DNA of 64,000 bases from Octopus bimaculoides (Eukaryota), in assembly GCF_001194135.2 (NCBI RefSeq), contig NC_068984.1:11986266-12050265 (forward strand), written 5' to 3'. Every line of letters begins with the position of its first letter. Position 1 is the first letter of the stretch. The notes under the pieces were generated by a model that did not search any database, was not told where the DNA came from, and worked only from the letters and a program-made list of their open reading frames with translations. The position numbers and the translations under genes were made by a program. This document shows, piece by piece, positions 13,901 through 26,371 of the stretch.

Positions 13901-14454
13901 AGTAAAACTGGTTTTAATTTCATAAGCAAAGGTATGTCTTGAAATAAATGTGAAACCATATTTTAACATTTTGTACAAGCTAATGTAAATATACTCAATA
14001 GCTGTAGACATATACATCTTTGGCAATCTGCCGAAAATGGGCGAGATATCAAATCAATAAAAAAAAAAATGTATCGATTTAATTATTTATATGGTTTCTG
14101 GGGTAACATGGGTTAACCCAGATCCATAATCATGACCAAATCCCAACATGGCCGACATTCAATTGACTTCAACAAAAAGTATCACTGGATTCATCAACGA
14201 ACAACGAAGTTACAAAAAACACATGGTAAAGTTCAATAAAATATTATATTTTAAATATCTATTGATGCTAGATATATTTCAAAAAGAACTGTCCCAAAAC
14301 CCCCTTTCGTAACATGTCATTGATTCAGAAGATATATGGTACCGATACGAAGCATGAAACCTTTCGTACAATCACAATACGCAGACTTCTAGTAAGCAAT
14401 AAGTTATGGCTTAATAAGACAAAATAATTACCAAAATCAAATCAAATATATAAA

Positions 14455-15620
14455 ACTTACCATATTAATCAGGAATCAAACATCCGGGTAGCAATTAAAT
14501 CCGTTTCTTACGCTCCAAATACCAACACGGCTGGAGCACACCATCCATTGCCAAGAGTAAGTCTCTGCAGAAACCAAAATGGCGTCATTTCTTCCCCAGG
14601 CTTTCGTAGATTTACATCCGGGTAATCCCAACACTGACCTCTCAGCTACCATGACCTCTATCGTACTCAGAATGGTCAGCAAGTCTCGTCAAATAGCACA
14701 AAGCAATTAATTAATAATGTCAGTCATTTCTTATTATTCCATTATTTTACAAAATGATTTCTTCTTTTCTTCATAAAACTGCATTCATAACTGAAAATAT
14801 ATCCCATCGTTGTATTTTAATATCGATCTACATTTTTCTCTCATTCCTTATCTCTAGTTTTCACAAGATGAGTTTCGTCTGTTCTGCAAAAATAGTTATT
14901 TAAAAAATATATTTTTGTATAATTCAGGCGGGAATATCTGTTAACCGGATAAGTATGCTTATGATGTAGTGACTTCCCGACTGTCAGTCAGGCTAACCCA
15001 TTATGCTAATATATTCTGACGTTTATTAACGTTACTGAAAGCCGCCAACCAACGTGACGCCGAGTGACGTTTGATGCAACTAAAGTGAAAGGAATAAATA
15101 AACAAATAGCTACTTTAATACATAACAATAATTGGAGAAAATGGGAAAGAAATGTGAGAATGACAGAAAAAATGAGAACTGGAAGGAAGAATAAAGTTGT
15201 AGTGAGAGGTTGAGTACGTGTTCATAGATAGTGCCTGCTGCGTGTTGAGGATAAATGAGCTGCGCTCAACTCGTTCTTCTCTTACTCATTTACTCTTTCA
15301 GTCAATCAGTATAACTCGCTTGTTTATTTACTCTCTATCTCAATTTCCCTTGCATTTTGTACTCACTCGCTTTCAGTTATTCTTTGAGTGTGTAGCACGC
15401 TTGCTCACTCACTGTATCTTTCTTTTAATTAACTAACTCATTCACTGCTGATCGTCTGCCCAGCTTGCTAGCCAATATAGGCAAACTATGAAGCGACAAT
15501 GTAGGTCATGCCGGCTGATGACGAGAACTGCAATGATGGTGGTACCCACTGACGTCAACACTCATTCAACGCACGTTTTCCATACCAGAAAATAAAAATG
15601 GCGCTTACTCTTACTTCTAC
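14455..15620. promoter_or_regulatory. Putative promoter / first-exon region (direction uncertain)
   Basis: Centre of a CpG-rich domain; full CRE TGACGTCA at 15550-15557, TGACG half-sites near 15016-15070, YY1-like AAAATGGCG near 14576 and 15596, TCAGT Inr-like motifs near 15297-15377, minus-strand ATG|GTAAGT donor at 14461/14460. Motif-based only. Confidence 0.35.
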
Positions 15621-15927
15621 TCTCTTCCCCATCATTTCCCTTTGATTTTCTTTCTATTATTGCCTGTTGTTCTCCATCTTTCCCGTCTGCAATGAAACCA
15701 TCTCTTATATTAATAATTGCTATTTACTAATTAAAATAACGCGTGCTAACTTTTCGAAGTACTCGAGTAGGGAAATATTATTACATTTCTTGGTACTCGT
15801 TTATAAGAGTGCGACTGAGCAGTTCTTTGAAGTTGCAAAATAAATATGCAGCAATTTAGAATTTTTCTACATTTTTAAAGTTGCATTCGTTTTTTTTTGT
15901 TTTTTTTTGGGGGGGGGGCAAAATATA

Positions 15928-15939
15928 ATAATGATGATG

Positions 15940-15977
<38 letters not shown>
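15928..15977. repeat. (ATG/ATT)n microsatellite
   Basis: Direct reading; explains the poly-Y and poly-I ORFs. Confidence 0.95.
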
Positions 15978-15978
<1 letters not shown>

Positions 15979-18900
15979 AATACCAGTTATATAATTGGGT
16001 TAATTCAATTGTCGACCATGCTACAGAATTTGTCTTCGTGCCAAATCAAAAGAAATCAGTGGCACTACGATGTCATCGAGGACAGTGTCTTCGGTTCTGC
16101 TTATGTTACATTCCTGACATTGTCCAAAGATTTTTTTGTTGGGCTTCTTTGGGTTTGCTGTTTGTAAAATTATGCTATTATGGAAATATGGAACAAACCA
16201 AACCAGACTAACTCTAATTTATGGTTCGAAATAAGTATATATGGAACGTTTCGATCCACTTGCAGTATATGATGTAATTCACACAAGTATTTTCTCTCTC
16301 TTCTCTAAATGGCAAGTGATGAATGCAAGAAGCGATATTGGAAACAACAAGTTTGGGTGGAGGCGTATGGAGTGTTAGTAAACACTATCCAGGTAGCAGC
16401 TAACAGATAGAAATGTTACATATTGCAAGTTGGTTTCAGAAATATAATCACTAGTATTGAAGGAGAATAGTCAAGGTAAACGTTGGCAAAAATCAATATG
16501 GTTTAAAGCAAAAGTTTAATAGTGAGTGCGTCAGAAGAAAGGAAATATCTAGCTTTTCTACGGTGAAAAACTCTTTAAGAAACGTTAGATATTTTATTTC
16601 AAATCTTAGTTTTCTCTGTTCACTCGGGAACGTTTGTCATTAAAGCATGTCATAGCTTCAGGTATTTTTCATAATTTATGAACTTAAGAGAAAAATGGAT
16701 CACTGCATCACTCTAAAATTTTGCCCTCGCGAGGGCAAAATGAACGTTATCTATATATATATATTAGAATATTAGTACGATGTTTTAATATATTTGTACG
16801 AAAGAAACTGACGAAGTAGGTCAAGTTATATCTGACTGATGAATAAGCGATTTAAGAGACTTAAATGTCTCATATTACTACTAAACCGACATGATTCCTG
16901 CAGATCATTATTGATTTCGATTGAGTCAGATTTCTGAATTATTAATTAAGAATTTCTTTCAAAATATCTTCAATAACACATTTTCTCTAACCTTAAATAG
17001 TTTTTGTCGAATTCGTTAGTAATAATTATAACAGACTAGTTTCGTACTTGTACCTTCTTATTGTTGCTGAACCACTGTTGGTGACCTAGTTTTTCAAAAA
17101 TTAATTTAGCCGTTAGTATACAAGGAACGTTGCAATCAGCATCTGGTCTTCACTTTTCAGATTTTAATCTACTTACTAAAAAAAAAAGTTGAAGACCAGA
17201 TGCTAACTAACTACAGTATATATTCTATTTATCGTTTTAGAAATAACATAAATAGTTGCCCAACAATATCTCAGTTTAATTGTATTACACTTTGAATTAG
17301 ATGCATATTTTATTATCAAATATGGCCGGTTATATCTTCATGTATTTGTTCTGTTATTTTATACTAAAATGGTTTATTCTTAACGATTTTCTATAAAATT
17401 GTTAACGATAAGATAGTAATGACAAATAAAATTTCATCTTTTTAAAAAATATCTTTATGGATGCAAACGTAAAAATATCACTAAACAAGTTCATCTTCAA
17501 ACCCTATTGAATGATAATTGATTTTTTCAAGTAGTCACAAGACCTCTATGTATAAAGAAGCAGGAGGTGAGAATTCGTGGCATTCATGCTTTTCTCCAAG
17601 AAATTAGTAAAGTAAATTTGGGAATGAAAAAAATTGAAGATATTTCCATCGTCATTGAAAAATGTAACTTGATAAATCCTAAAGTTGAAATTAGAGCCCC
17701 AAAGAACTGAACCCAAACATTTTATATAATAATTACCATAATTCAGGGCGACTAGTAGTAGTCTACTAATATTTCACAAAGTCACTTTCTGGTATTAAAC
17801 ATCTTGACATTTTTCATATTCGGCCATATAAGGAGGTAACAGTACGAATCAAGATGCATTCAAACAAGCTTCTTACATACAACCATGACGTAAGACGCAA
17901 TGGCTGCTGTTGAAGACAAAAGCAAGAGACTAATTTTCACATAAAAATTATATAGATTTGAATCTTCTTCGAAAATGCCACGAAATTGTAACCAATTTTC
18001 TTAATGAATACTATTTTACAGCAGTTTTATTAACGGCGAATACAAAATTATAATCATCAGCAATATTGTCTACTTAAACAAGAAAAAAGATTTTGTGAAT
18101 ACATTAGAAATCCTTAAAATATTGATTTCTTTTGTAGGTGGTATAGCTGTAGATTATTGATCTCGGGGAACAAAAATATGAAGTCGATTCTTGTGAGACT
18201 TGAACTCAGAGTTTTGAATTAAGGAACTGGCAATATATATGTAAAGCAGATAGCTTAGAAGTCTTCTTTCAAGGACATTTTTATTGTTCTTAACGATTAG
18301 ACAAAAGCATTTGGTAAAAATTAAGCCACACAGAGACCAGCACTTCGTCTCGCAAAATTTAGCTGGGGAAATACGTTTTAAAAAGTGGGTTTTCGTTTTT
18401 ACTTGGGCACAAGGCCGCAGAATTTTATGAGGGGGAAATAGGATTATTGACCATCACTCGATTCCTTAGAGTATTGTACTTCACTAAAACTTTACGGCAT
18501 TAGTGCTAACATCAAAGGGAAATTTATTGTCTTTAATCGGGAATCGAAATCGGTCCACTGGGAGTTTATTTCTGGCGCTTCTCATAAGTCACCGAATATT
18601 TGAATAAAATATTCTAAATATATGAACTCGAAAATGTCATTAATATATCACCATTATCTAAAACCTCTTGCTTTATCATACATAATTTTTGCTTGTTTAT
18701 CATTGCTATTGATTTATAATAATCTACATTAGAACTAATTTAATTTTGCCATGCTGGAAGGTCAAACTTCTGGAAGCAACACTAACTAGAGAATTTACGA
18801 ATATTTTGTTTGCATTAAAACGTGTTTGTAGCTTATATTATGACGCTTTGCTATTACCATATTTAAGACGTCATACACGGAGTTATCTTCCTTGGTAGTA

Positions 18901-19164
18901 TCATGTTGACACGTTAACTATTGTTTTGAATAACTAAACGAGAAATAAAATTGAAACAGAAAGTATACTGGAAGACTGTTTAATGCAGTGATTCTCAAAC
19001 TAGCAAATACCAGCCTCTCTCTATGTTAGTGAAAATTCCACCCCCACCCCACTTCTTTATAAATGAGAAAACAAAATAGTGTTAGCAGCCATACAATTCT
19101 TCATCTTTCTTCTCCATAGCGATAGAAAAAAATTAAAACGATTATCTTAATTTTATTAAGTGAA

Positions 19165-19400
19165 GGCGCATAGCTTGGTGGTTACAGTACTGGATTCACG
19201 ATCGTAAGGTTGTGGGTTCGATTCCCGGACCAGGCGGCGTGTTATGCTCTTGAACAAAGCAATATATTCCAAATTATTCGAGTCCAGCTGCAAATGAGTA
19301 CAAGTCTAGTAATATTGCAGTCTTCTCTGTCTCACCAGCTGTTATATCAGGGATGTTTTACTAGGTCAAGGGCGAGAGGACTGAGAGGGTGTCTATGTTT
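19165..19400 (+). mobile_element. Decayed tRNA-headed SINE
   Basis: A-box-like TAGCTTGGTGG and B-box GGTTCGATTCC followed by a non-tRNA body; no intact cloverleaf 3' end. Confidence 0.65.
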
Positions 19401-19699
19401 GCTCAAGACTACATAGACACATTTAGCGAAAACTTACATGTTAGCAAACTGCAGTCACTCGTAAGCGACACCTAGCTGTGGTTTATTTGAACAATTTTAC
19501 TAAACATACCAGTTTGTCTGCCCCCTTTTCAATTCTCGCAGCTACCTCCCACCCCCGCTGCCTTGAAAATCGCTAATGTAATACATAACAATCATTCAAT
19601 TTAGGAGCAGTTAGAAATATTTTTGTTGCTATTTTTGCTATCAATAATTTAAAGTAAGTATGTCCCTGGATTCCTTTTCTCTTTATTATAATTGTTTTT

Positions 19700-21400
19700 T
19701 ATTTTTATGACTCACTGCCCACCTGTGGACTTCATTCATCTCTTGTCTCATGGGCTGAAATGTTTTTTGTTTTTTTTTGTTACAATATGCATAGATGGGG
19801 CTCTCTGTGACTCAGGATACATCAACAGTTCTGGCGTTCTATGGGACTCAGTTATGTTGCTCATTCTCTTCTTCCTGTTCATTAATGCTTTGTTTGTTGT
19901 CAGAACAGGGAAGACAAATGCCCTGAGCTTTCTGTGGTACCTTGGGGGCTTGGGAAAAAGAGAGGAAGAAACCGTGATAGATATCGTCAGAGAAAAGACT
20001 AGAGCTGACTTCTGACAATAGAGTGAACTCTACTAAATGGAGACATAGGCCAGGTGGTGATGTCAAACTTGGATAGATGTCTTTTTCTTTATAGAGTTAA
20101 TCAAGAGAGAAGGCCCATGTTCTTAGCAGAATAATCAAGACTGGTTAGATTGATGCAACCAATGTTCTGCTTCAATGGCTACAAGTTGTTGAAACTGGAG
20201 GGAAAATGTAAACAGGTAATTCTAGAGTGTTGACTCTGGAGATCAAAAATGGAAAAGGTAAGGGGAAAAAGACTGTTAGTACTCAGCTTAGCTGAAGAGA
20301 GACAGTAGGGGTGATGAGGGAAGAAGCAAATAACTTGTGTGTGGGTAAGATACACAGTTTGCTATCTGTGAGGTGCAGAGGTTGTAGTAACTCTAGAAGA
20401 AGCAGAATGAGGAAACAATCCATCAGTGCGTTAGAAGTTGGAGTGATAAATAAATCCTTGTAAATTGGTCAGACAATCATCTTTTGAATGAACAGCAACG
20501 GCACAATGAAATCAGTATTCCATTGGAGTCATATGAGTTTTGTAGAGAGTCAACAGTTGTTCAGAGCTGAAGTATTTTGAGGCACTGAAAAATAAAGTTG
20601 GTCTGAGATGCAGTTTTTGCTATGTTAGGGAGTCATCAGTGATTGTAAGGCTTAGCATTTATAGTGATTTTGAAGGTTTAAATAGCATATTATTCAAGCA
20701 TAGAGAGGAAAAGTTACAAAATTGTTTCCTATATACTATTGAAGAAGATAAGATTTTCATTTCTCCATTAGAGAATGTTTTTAAGGTTTCTATTCATGGA
20801 AGTGATACAAGTTTACCTGATATGAGGTGTTAAGTTTTACATGTTGAGGATGCCTGTGTGCAGAATATGAGTTAAGAATGGTATCAGTTGCTTAAGAGTG
20901 GGCAAGTGGAACATTAATGAACAAAGGGAAGAGTATTCACAACATAATTGAACTTTGAAGAAGACTAGAGTTGTTGGAGCACAAATAACAGAGTCCCATC
21001 AGCACATGTTGGAATGATGTAAACAGACCAAAAGCTTTCAGCCCACAAGACAAGTTCAATTGAAACCAATAGGTGGGTAGTTAGTCAGATTTTCATACCA
21101 GGAGCAATCAAAGGATTTTATTTCATTTTAGTGGAAATCAGCTAGGTTTGCAATAGATCTAATATAATCATTCCAAGAAAGATCTTTAGAAGTTCTGCCT
21201 AAAAGATAAAGACTAGAAGACTCTGGAAGAACAGTATCAGGTATATAAATAGAAACATCATTGGAGTTTTTCAAGTTAAGAACAACATTGTTTTTACAAA
21301 TTTCTCAACAGTTAGGACCAATTGGTGTGTGTGCTATAGAAGACTATTAACAATTTTTACTGTGGATCAAATGAGCTTTAGCCATCGCAAAGAATCCTTA
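19700..21400 (-). mobile_element. Mosaic of decayed CR1/L2-like LINE fragments (post-RT region seen twice)
   Basis: Minus frames: LLGRTSKDLSWNDYIRSIA (~21150-21220), NIAKTAS..KYFSSEQLLTLYK (~20540-20625), SHPYC...TLELPVYIFPP (~20200-20300). Confidence 0.6.
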
Positions 21401-21849
21401 ATTCCTTAATGCATGTGTCAATGTGTACATATGGATCTCAAACTATGTTTGTTTGTGTTTTTTTTACAATAGAACCTGTAAAGGGCATATACCCAAACCA
21501 TAGCCATTGCTCACAACCAAACATGGCTTAATAACAAGTATCATACTTACATTAATTGTTTTAAGTACTCTATGTAGTTGTGAGCATAGACTTATTCTAT
21601 CGGTGTCTTTTGCCGAACTGCTATTATTATTATAGAAAACAAAACTAGATAAAATTCCTATCAGTAATCATCAGCAAACATATGCATATATCATTGTGTA
21701 TATATATATATATATATAGTGCAAAACCAATTGGTAAAATTGGCTATAATGGATATATAATACTGTACTCTTTGATTAATATATATATGTATGTTGTTGT
21801 CAACAAATGAATGCCTTTATGGAGACCTGCCAAAAGTTAGCAAGAAGAT

Positions 21850-22090
21850 CAGGCAAAGACAGCTGTGACTATCTGGTCACTGCGTGTGCCACCTTTAACT
21901 GGTAGCATCCAAATTAGTCTTGTGGAACCCACTTCAAGGTGATGTACGAAAAGGAAAACATCATCACACTTACATCGACAACTTGATTGCAGACACTTGT
22001 CTGGAATGTATCCAGGACATCGAGGATGGACTGAGAAGTGAGGTGGGTAGACTTTGTTGCTGTGGTCTGGGTTGGAACCCAGCCATAATA
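21850..22090 (+). mobile_element. 3' end of an RTE-group LINE ending in an (AAT)n tail
   Basis: LWNPLQGDVRKGKHHHTYIDNLIADT resembles the RTE-group C-terminal LW.P..G....GR...TYID.L..DT motif; followed directly by (AAT)n. Confidence 0.6.
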
Positions 22091-22121
22091 ATAATAATAA
22101 CAATAATAATAATAATAATAA

Positions 22122-22152
<31 letters not shown>

Positions 22153-22162
22153 AAGAAGAAGA
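22087..22162. repeat. Compound microsatellite (AAT)n(AAG)n
   Basis: Direct reading. Confidence 0.97.
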
Positions 22163-22239
22163 ATATATACACAGAACTGCAAAAGAAATGTGATTTTTTC
22201 AAATGTCCTTTCTTTATGGTAAATTCTGAAAATTCATTT

Positions 22240-22890
22240 CGGGGATGTAAGTGTAAATATGCTGGTTTATGGCTGAGACCAAAATTGCAGGTAACTTTTC
22301 AGCTTTCCCTGAAATGGGATGCCAAAATGAAGTTGCATTGAATGCTGTGGGTGGCAGTCGCAAACAATTGTCATGGAAACCGAAATGCATGTGCATCTCG
22401 TGGAGGTTATGGGTATAAACATCAACTGGAACTGCGTTCCTGGCATTCATAATTTGGATGCATCAGGTATGACCTGATTGTCAGCAGTGCAGAGAGAACA
22501 AGCTATTGGCCAATGGCAGCATCAACATTAGAGGTCAATAATCTTCTCTGACGAGAGCCAGTACTGCATTTCCACCTCGGATGGAGTGAGGGTGTGAATG
22601 TGGCGTAGGAAGGGTGAACACTACAGAGATGCATGTGGTGGCCAAAGCATCATGGTTTGGGGTGCTATAGGCCTGGATCAGAGAACTGCACCCCATGTGT
22701 TCCAAAATGTTGGTGCAGGCAGAGGGAATGGCATCACAGTGCAGCGCTACGTTGACCAGATCCTAAAACCTCACACCGTGCCCTTCTTCATGCGTCACCA
22801 TAGCCACATGTTCCAGCAGGACAATGCTCCCTCCCACACAGCCAGGGTCACCATGGACTTCCTGCGTCAGCTCAACATCAGAACCATGTC
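22240..22890 (+). pseudogene. Internally deleted Tc1-like transposase
   Basis: MT*LSAVQREQAIG joined to IFSDES (~22541-22558), GGQSIMVWGAI and FQQDNAPSHTAR (~22811); truncated before the third catalytic residue. Confidence 0.85.
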
Positions 22891-23059
22891 TTTAACCTTT
22901 TAGTAAATATTTTGAACCCCTATTGGCTCTCCTTTAGTGTCATGCTTGATTGATTTTAACCAAATGGCTAAAACCACACTGCTTAAAAAGGAATAACAAA
23001 AAATGAATTCTAATTACAACTATCTCACAACTCTGACTGTTTCTGATACTGCATCAGCC

Positions 23060-23240
23060 TGGCAGGCAGAATCATTAGCATAATGTATAATGGCTCTTTA
23101 CATTCTGGGTTCAAATCTTGCCAAGGTCAACTTTGCTTTTTATCCTTTTGGGGTGAATGAAATAAAGTACCAGTCAAATACAAGGGTCAACGTAATTGAC
23201 TAACCGTTTCCATAAAATTGCCTGCTTTGTGCTAATATTT
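23060..23240 (+). mobile_element. SINE family B (decayed)
   Basis: GGCAGAATCATTAGC...GTTCAAATC...CAACTTTGCTTTTTATCCTTTTGGGG, shared with 40872-41101. Confidence 0.7.
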
Positions 23241-23459
23241 GAATTGATATCAAAAACAACAGCAACAACAAAAAGATGAGATTGATAACAATGACAACTG
23301 CAGCAACAACAAGAGTAGTGGCCGTAAGAGCAGCAACGAGACTTGGTAGTGGAAGACAACATGGGGTTCAATGTGAGGCAACTGCATTGCTTAGCTATAC
23401 CAAACCTAATTATGCTTCTCTAGGAAGAGAAACAAGAAATAAGAAAAACCATCACTTCA

Positions 23460-23640
23460 TCATCATCATCATTTAATGTCTGTTTTCCATACTGAAATGG
23501 GTTGGACAGTTTGACAGGATCCTGTGAGCAGCAGTGCTTCAATGTCAGCTTTGGCATGGTTTTCTATGGTTGGATGCCCTTCTTAACTCCAAACACTTTA
23601 CAGTGTGTACTTGGTGCTTTTTTTCATGCAACTGGCACTA
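23460..23640 (-). mobile_element. RTE-tail short repeat
   Basis: (CAT)n + CCAT..TGGGTTGGACAG...GGATGCCCTTCTTAACTCCAA. Confidence 0.75.
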
Positions 23641-23899
23641 GTTTGCTAAGTTAGATGACAGCGAAAGAACTGGGAAGGAGAAAAGCCCCTTTGACTAAGT
23701 GGGGTGGGGGTATTTAGGAAGGTAGTTCTTTACTTCAGTGAAGGATGTAATAGAAATATCCATGCATGCGTGCTCCACCAAGGGATATGTACTCCAAGGG
23801 AAACATGTAAAGTGACACTAAGCTATGTGCCACTTGAAATAAACATGTAAACATTAATTATTTTAGAATTACTTCAAAGGAGTATGGGGAGCCTGTTAA

Positions 23900-24150
23900 C
23901 ATAAAATCTGGTCAAAACTAAAACTAGCAGTACAGATGATGCTCACTCCAGAAAACTTACTAAGGATTTCTGAACTCATTCACCTTGAGAATGGGGACCT
24001 AGTAAGAGTAGGAAGTAGGAGGGTTAGTTGTTACTCTTGTGGAAGCATCAACCACCAGAAGACGTTCTGTCCAGTGGCAAAAAGAAATAAAATCCTTCTA
24101 TTGCCTACATCACAACTACAGCAACAATACCAATAGTAGCATCAAGAATG
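23900..24150 (+). mobile_element. Remnant of a retroelement gag/ORF1-like CCHC zinc knuckle
   Basis: CYSCGSINHQKTFC fits CX2CX4HX4C; no splice context or flanking pol found. Confidence 0.5.
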
Positions 24151-25585
24151 GCTGAGGTGGCAAAAGCCCATATCACCTCTTAAAACTTAACACTTGACTT
24201 TTGCACCCAGCCCTAGTTTCTCTTTGGTCTGATTGAAGCATTTGCTCTTCTGCATCCTGGGGAAGGGATGTATTCCAATAGTCAGATGGTCCATCTGTTG
24301 CTAGTGCCTGCTAATTTTGCTGCTGTCTCTGCTGTCCCCAACTGTACTGTCATCATTGTCATTATTAGAGAGAAGTGTGAAAACAAATAAGAATGAGTGA
24401 GTCTTATATAAATAACAAGTTGAATATAGAGAAAGAACAAAGTAGAGACAGAGAGAGAGAGAGAATGGGTGAATGAACTCAAATAGGATGCAAAGTAAGA
24501 GTAAGATTCTAGTGGTGGTAACAGTGGGCTTCTGTACATTTGTAAATTCTGGAAATGGTAACAGTGAACTTCTGTACACCTGTGAATTTAAACCACTGCA
24601 TTACAGCATCCTATCTGGTTTCCTAACAACAAAGTTACCTCAGAAATATTGAGAAAACATGATTACCTTTATGAGTTTGGTTAAGTTTGTATGCTGTTTA
24701 GTGAGGAGAAATCTAAGATTTAGGACTGACCTTTCATATATGTGGAAGGAGACTTTTTAACTGCATTATAGGAAGGCTATAAAATCAGGATACGAGTTTG
24801 AGGATAGTTGAACAGATAAGAAGAAAGTGTAGACAATGTAATATTATGTTGCTAATGATATTATTATCACAATAATTTTTTTCATTCCTTTAAGTTTTCA
24901 TTTCATCTGGTTAGAGGACAACAGTGTCAAATGCAGTAATAGAATAATAATAATAATAATTTTAAAAAATAAAGCAGTTATAATCTAAGAAGGAAGGTTA
25001 CTTACAAAAGCCTAAAATTGATATTATATATTTAAAAAATTGCAATGTTTGCTTCAAAGTTTATACTGATGAATGATAATATAACTTCTCCATGAGAAAT
25101 ATAAAATATATGTATTTCTGTATGTATGCATGCAAGTTTGTATACATGTATCTATGTATATAAGTAAGGTTTTATGATGGCGTAAGCATTATTGTTTTTT
25201 ACATGTGGTTTTCTATATTGATATTGTGGGTCATTTTTCCAAGGTCTTTTTTTCAACTAGATGTCAGAATGTCATCCACCCAGTAATATCTTTCTCTGCT
25301 GACCCCATAAATATCAATTATTACAAGTGAGAGATATGCGTTATTAGTTCATTATGTGACCTAGTGAGTTAGGTGTTTAACAGAGAAACTATCGTAGTAG
25401 CATTTGTTAGCATAGACACAGACATGACGGGATAGTTAAGAAGCTTGCTTTGCAGCCTAGTAGTTTTGGGTTCAGTCACACTATATGGCACCATGGGTAA
25501 GAGTCTTCTACTATAGCCTTGGGCCAATCAATGTCTTGTGAGTGAATTTGGTAGACAGAAATTGTGTGGAAACTCATTGTAAATA

Positions 25586-25830
25586 TCATCATCATCATCA
25601 TCATCATCATCTAACGTCCGCTTTCCATGCTGGCATGGGTTGGATGGTTTGACTGGGAACTAGTGAGCCAGATGGCTGCACCAGGCTCCAATCTGACCTG
25701 GCAGAGTTTCTACAGCTGGATGCCCTTCCTAACGCCAACCACTCCAAGAGTGTAGTGGGTGCTTTTACATGCCACCGGCATGAGGGCCAGTCAGGCGGGT
25801 ACTGGCAACAGTCACGCTCAAATTTAATAA
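25586..25830 (-). mobile_element. RTE-tail short repeat (well preserved), abutting a family A/D SINE head at 25420-25580
   Basis: (CAT)n AACGTCCGCTTTCCATGCTGGCATGGGTTGG...GGATGCCCTTCCTAACGCCAACC. Confidence 0.85.
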
Positions 25831-26016
25831 GTACCAGACTTAAAAACGAAATAAGTACTAAGTCAGATTCATTTGACAAACCTTTCGAGTTGGTTCTCCA
25901 GCATGACTGTAGTTTAATGACTAGACAGGTAAAAGTTAAGGGTGAAAGGTAATTATTCTGTTTGGTAAGTGCTATATATACTTAGTTACCTAAATGTAAG
26001 CAGGTGCCATAAGAAA

Positions 26017-26371
26017 CAGAGCTATGGAGTTGAAACAAAAAACTTTGACTCCAACTCCTGAACTATTGGCGACTCTGACTCCTCTGTATGTAATTAAGTG
26101 ATTGTGGTCTACATATCTCATAAAGCATATGCATATGCTTGTACTTTGAGTAGGCCTATATGTTATAACGTGTTTATATTAAAGAATAAAGATATTGTAA
26201 GTTGGTATAGTTTTACCGGCTCTGACTCCAACTCCAGTTACTCCTTAACTGTTTCCGACTCCAACTCCATAACTCCGATTCCAACCCCATGACTCTGACT
26301 CTGACTCCATCACACCAACTCTGACTCCATGACTCCGACTCTGACTCCACGACTCCAACTCCACAGCCCTG
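26017..26371. mobile_element. hAT-type MITE with internal (GACTCC)n repeats
   Basis: TIRs CAGAGCTATGGAGTTG / CAACTCCACAGCCCTG; 8-bp TSD ATAAGAAA / GTAAGAAA. Confidence 0.85.

Noticed and set aside
19165-19240. tRNA genes at SINE heads (also 32140, 58131 and family A/B heads)
   Set aside because: A and B boxes are present, but the stems are broken and each continues into a repeated SINE body.
7600-21400. One CR1-like LINE split by a 10-kb insertion containing the CpG-rich domain
   Set aside because: Most of 20.15-21.4 kb translates to post-RT sequence already present in the 7.6-9.4 kb copy, so these are separate fragments. Only 19.7-20.1 kb might be upstream sequence, and that match is too weak.
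21849-22341. Poly-F/L/I/N/K ORFs (also 15897-16211, 30404-30761, 41575-41757)
   Set aside because: Translations of trinucleotide microsatellites.
25006-25011. 6-nt minus-strand microexon (TTTTAG GCTTTT GTAAGT)
   Set aside because: Roughly one such arrangement is expected by chance in this much AT-rich DNA; no supporting context.
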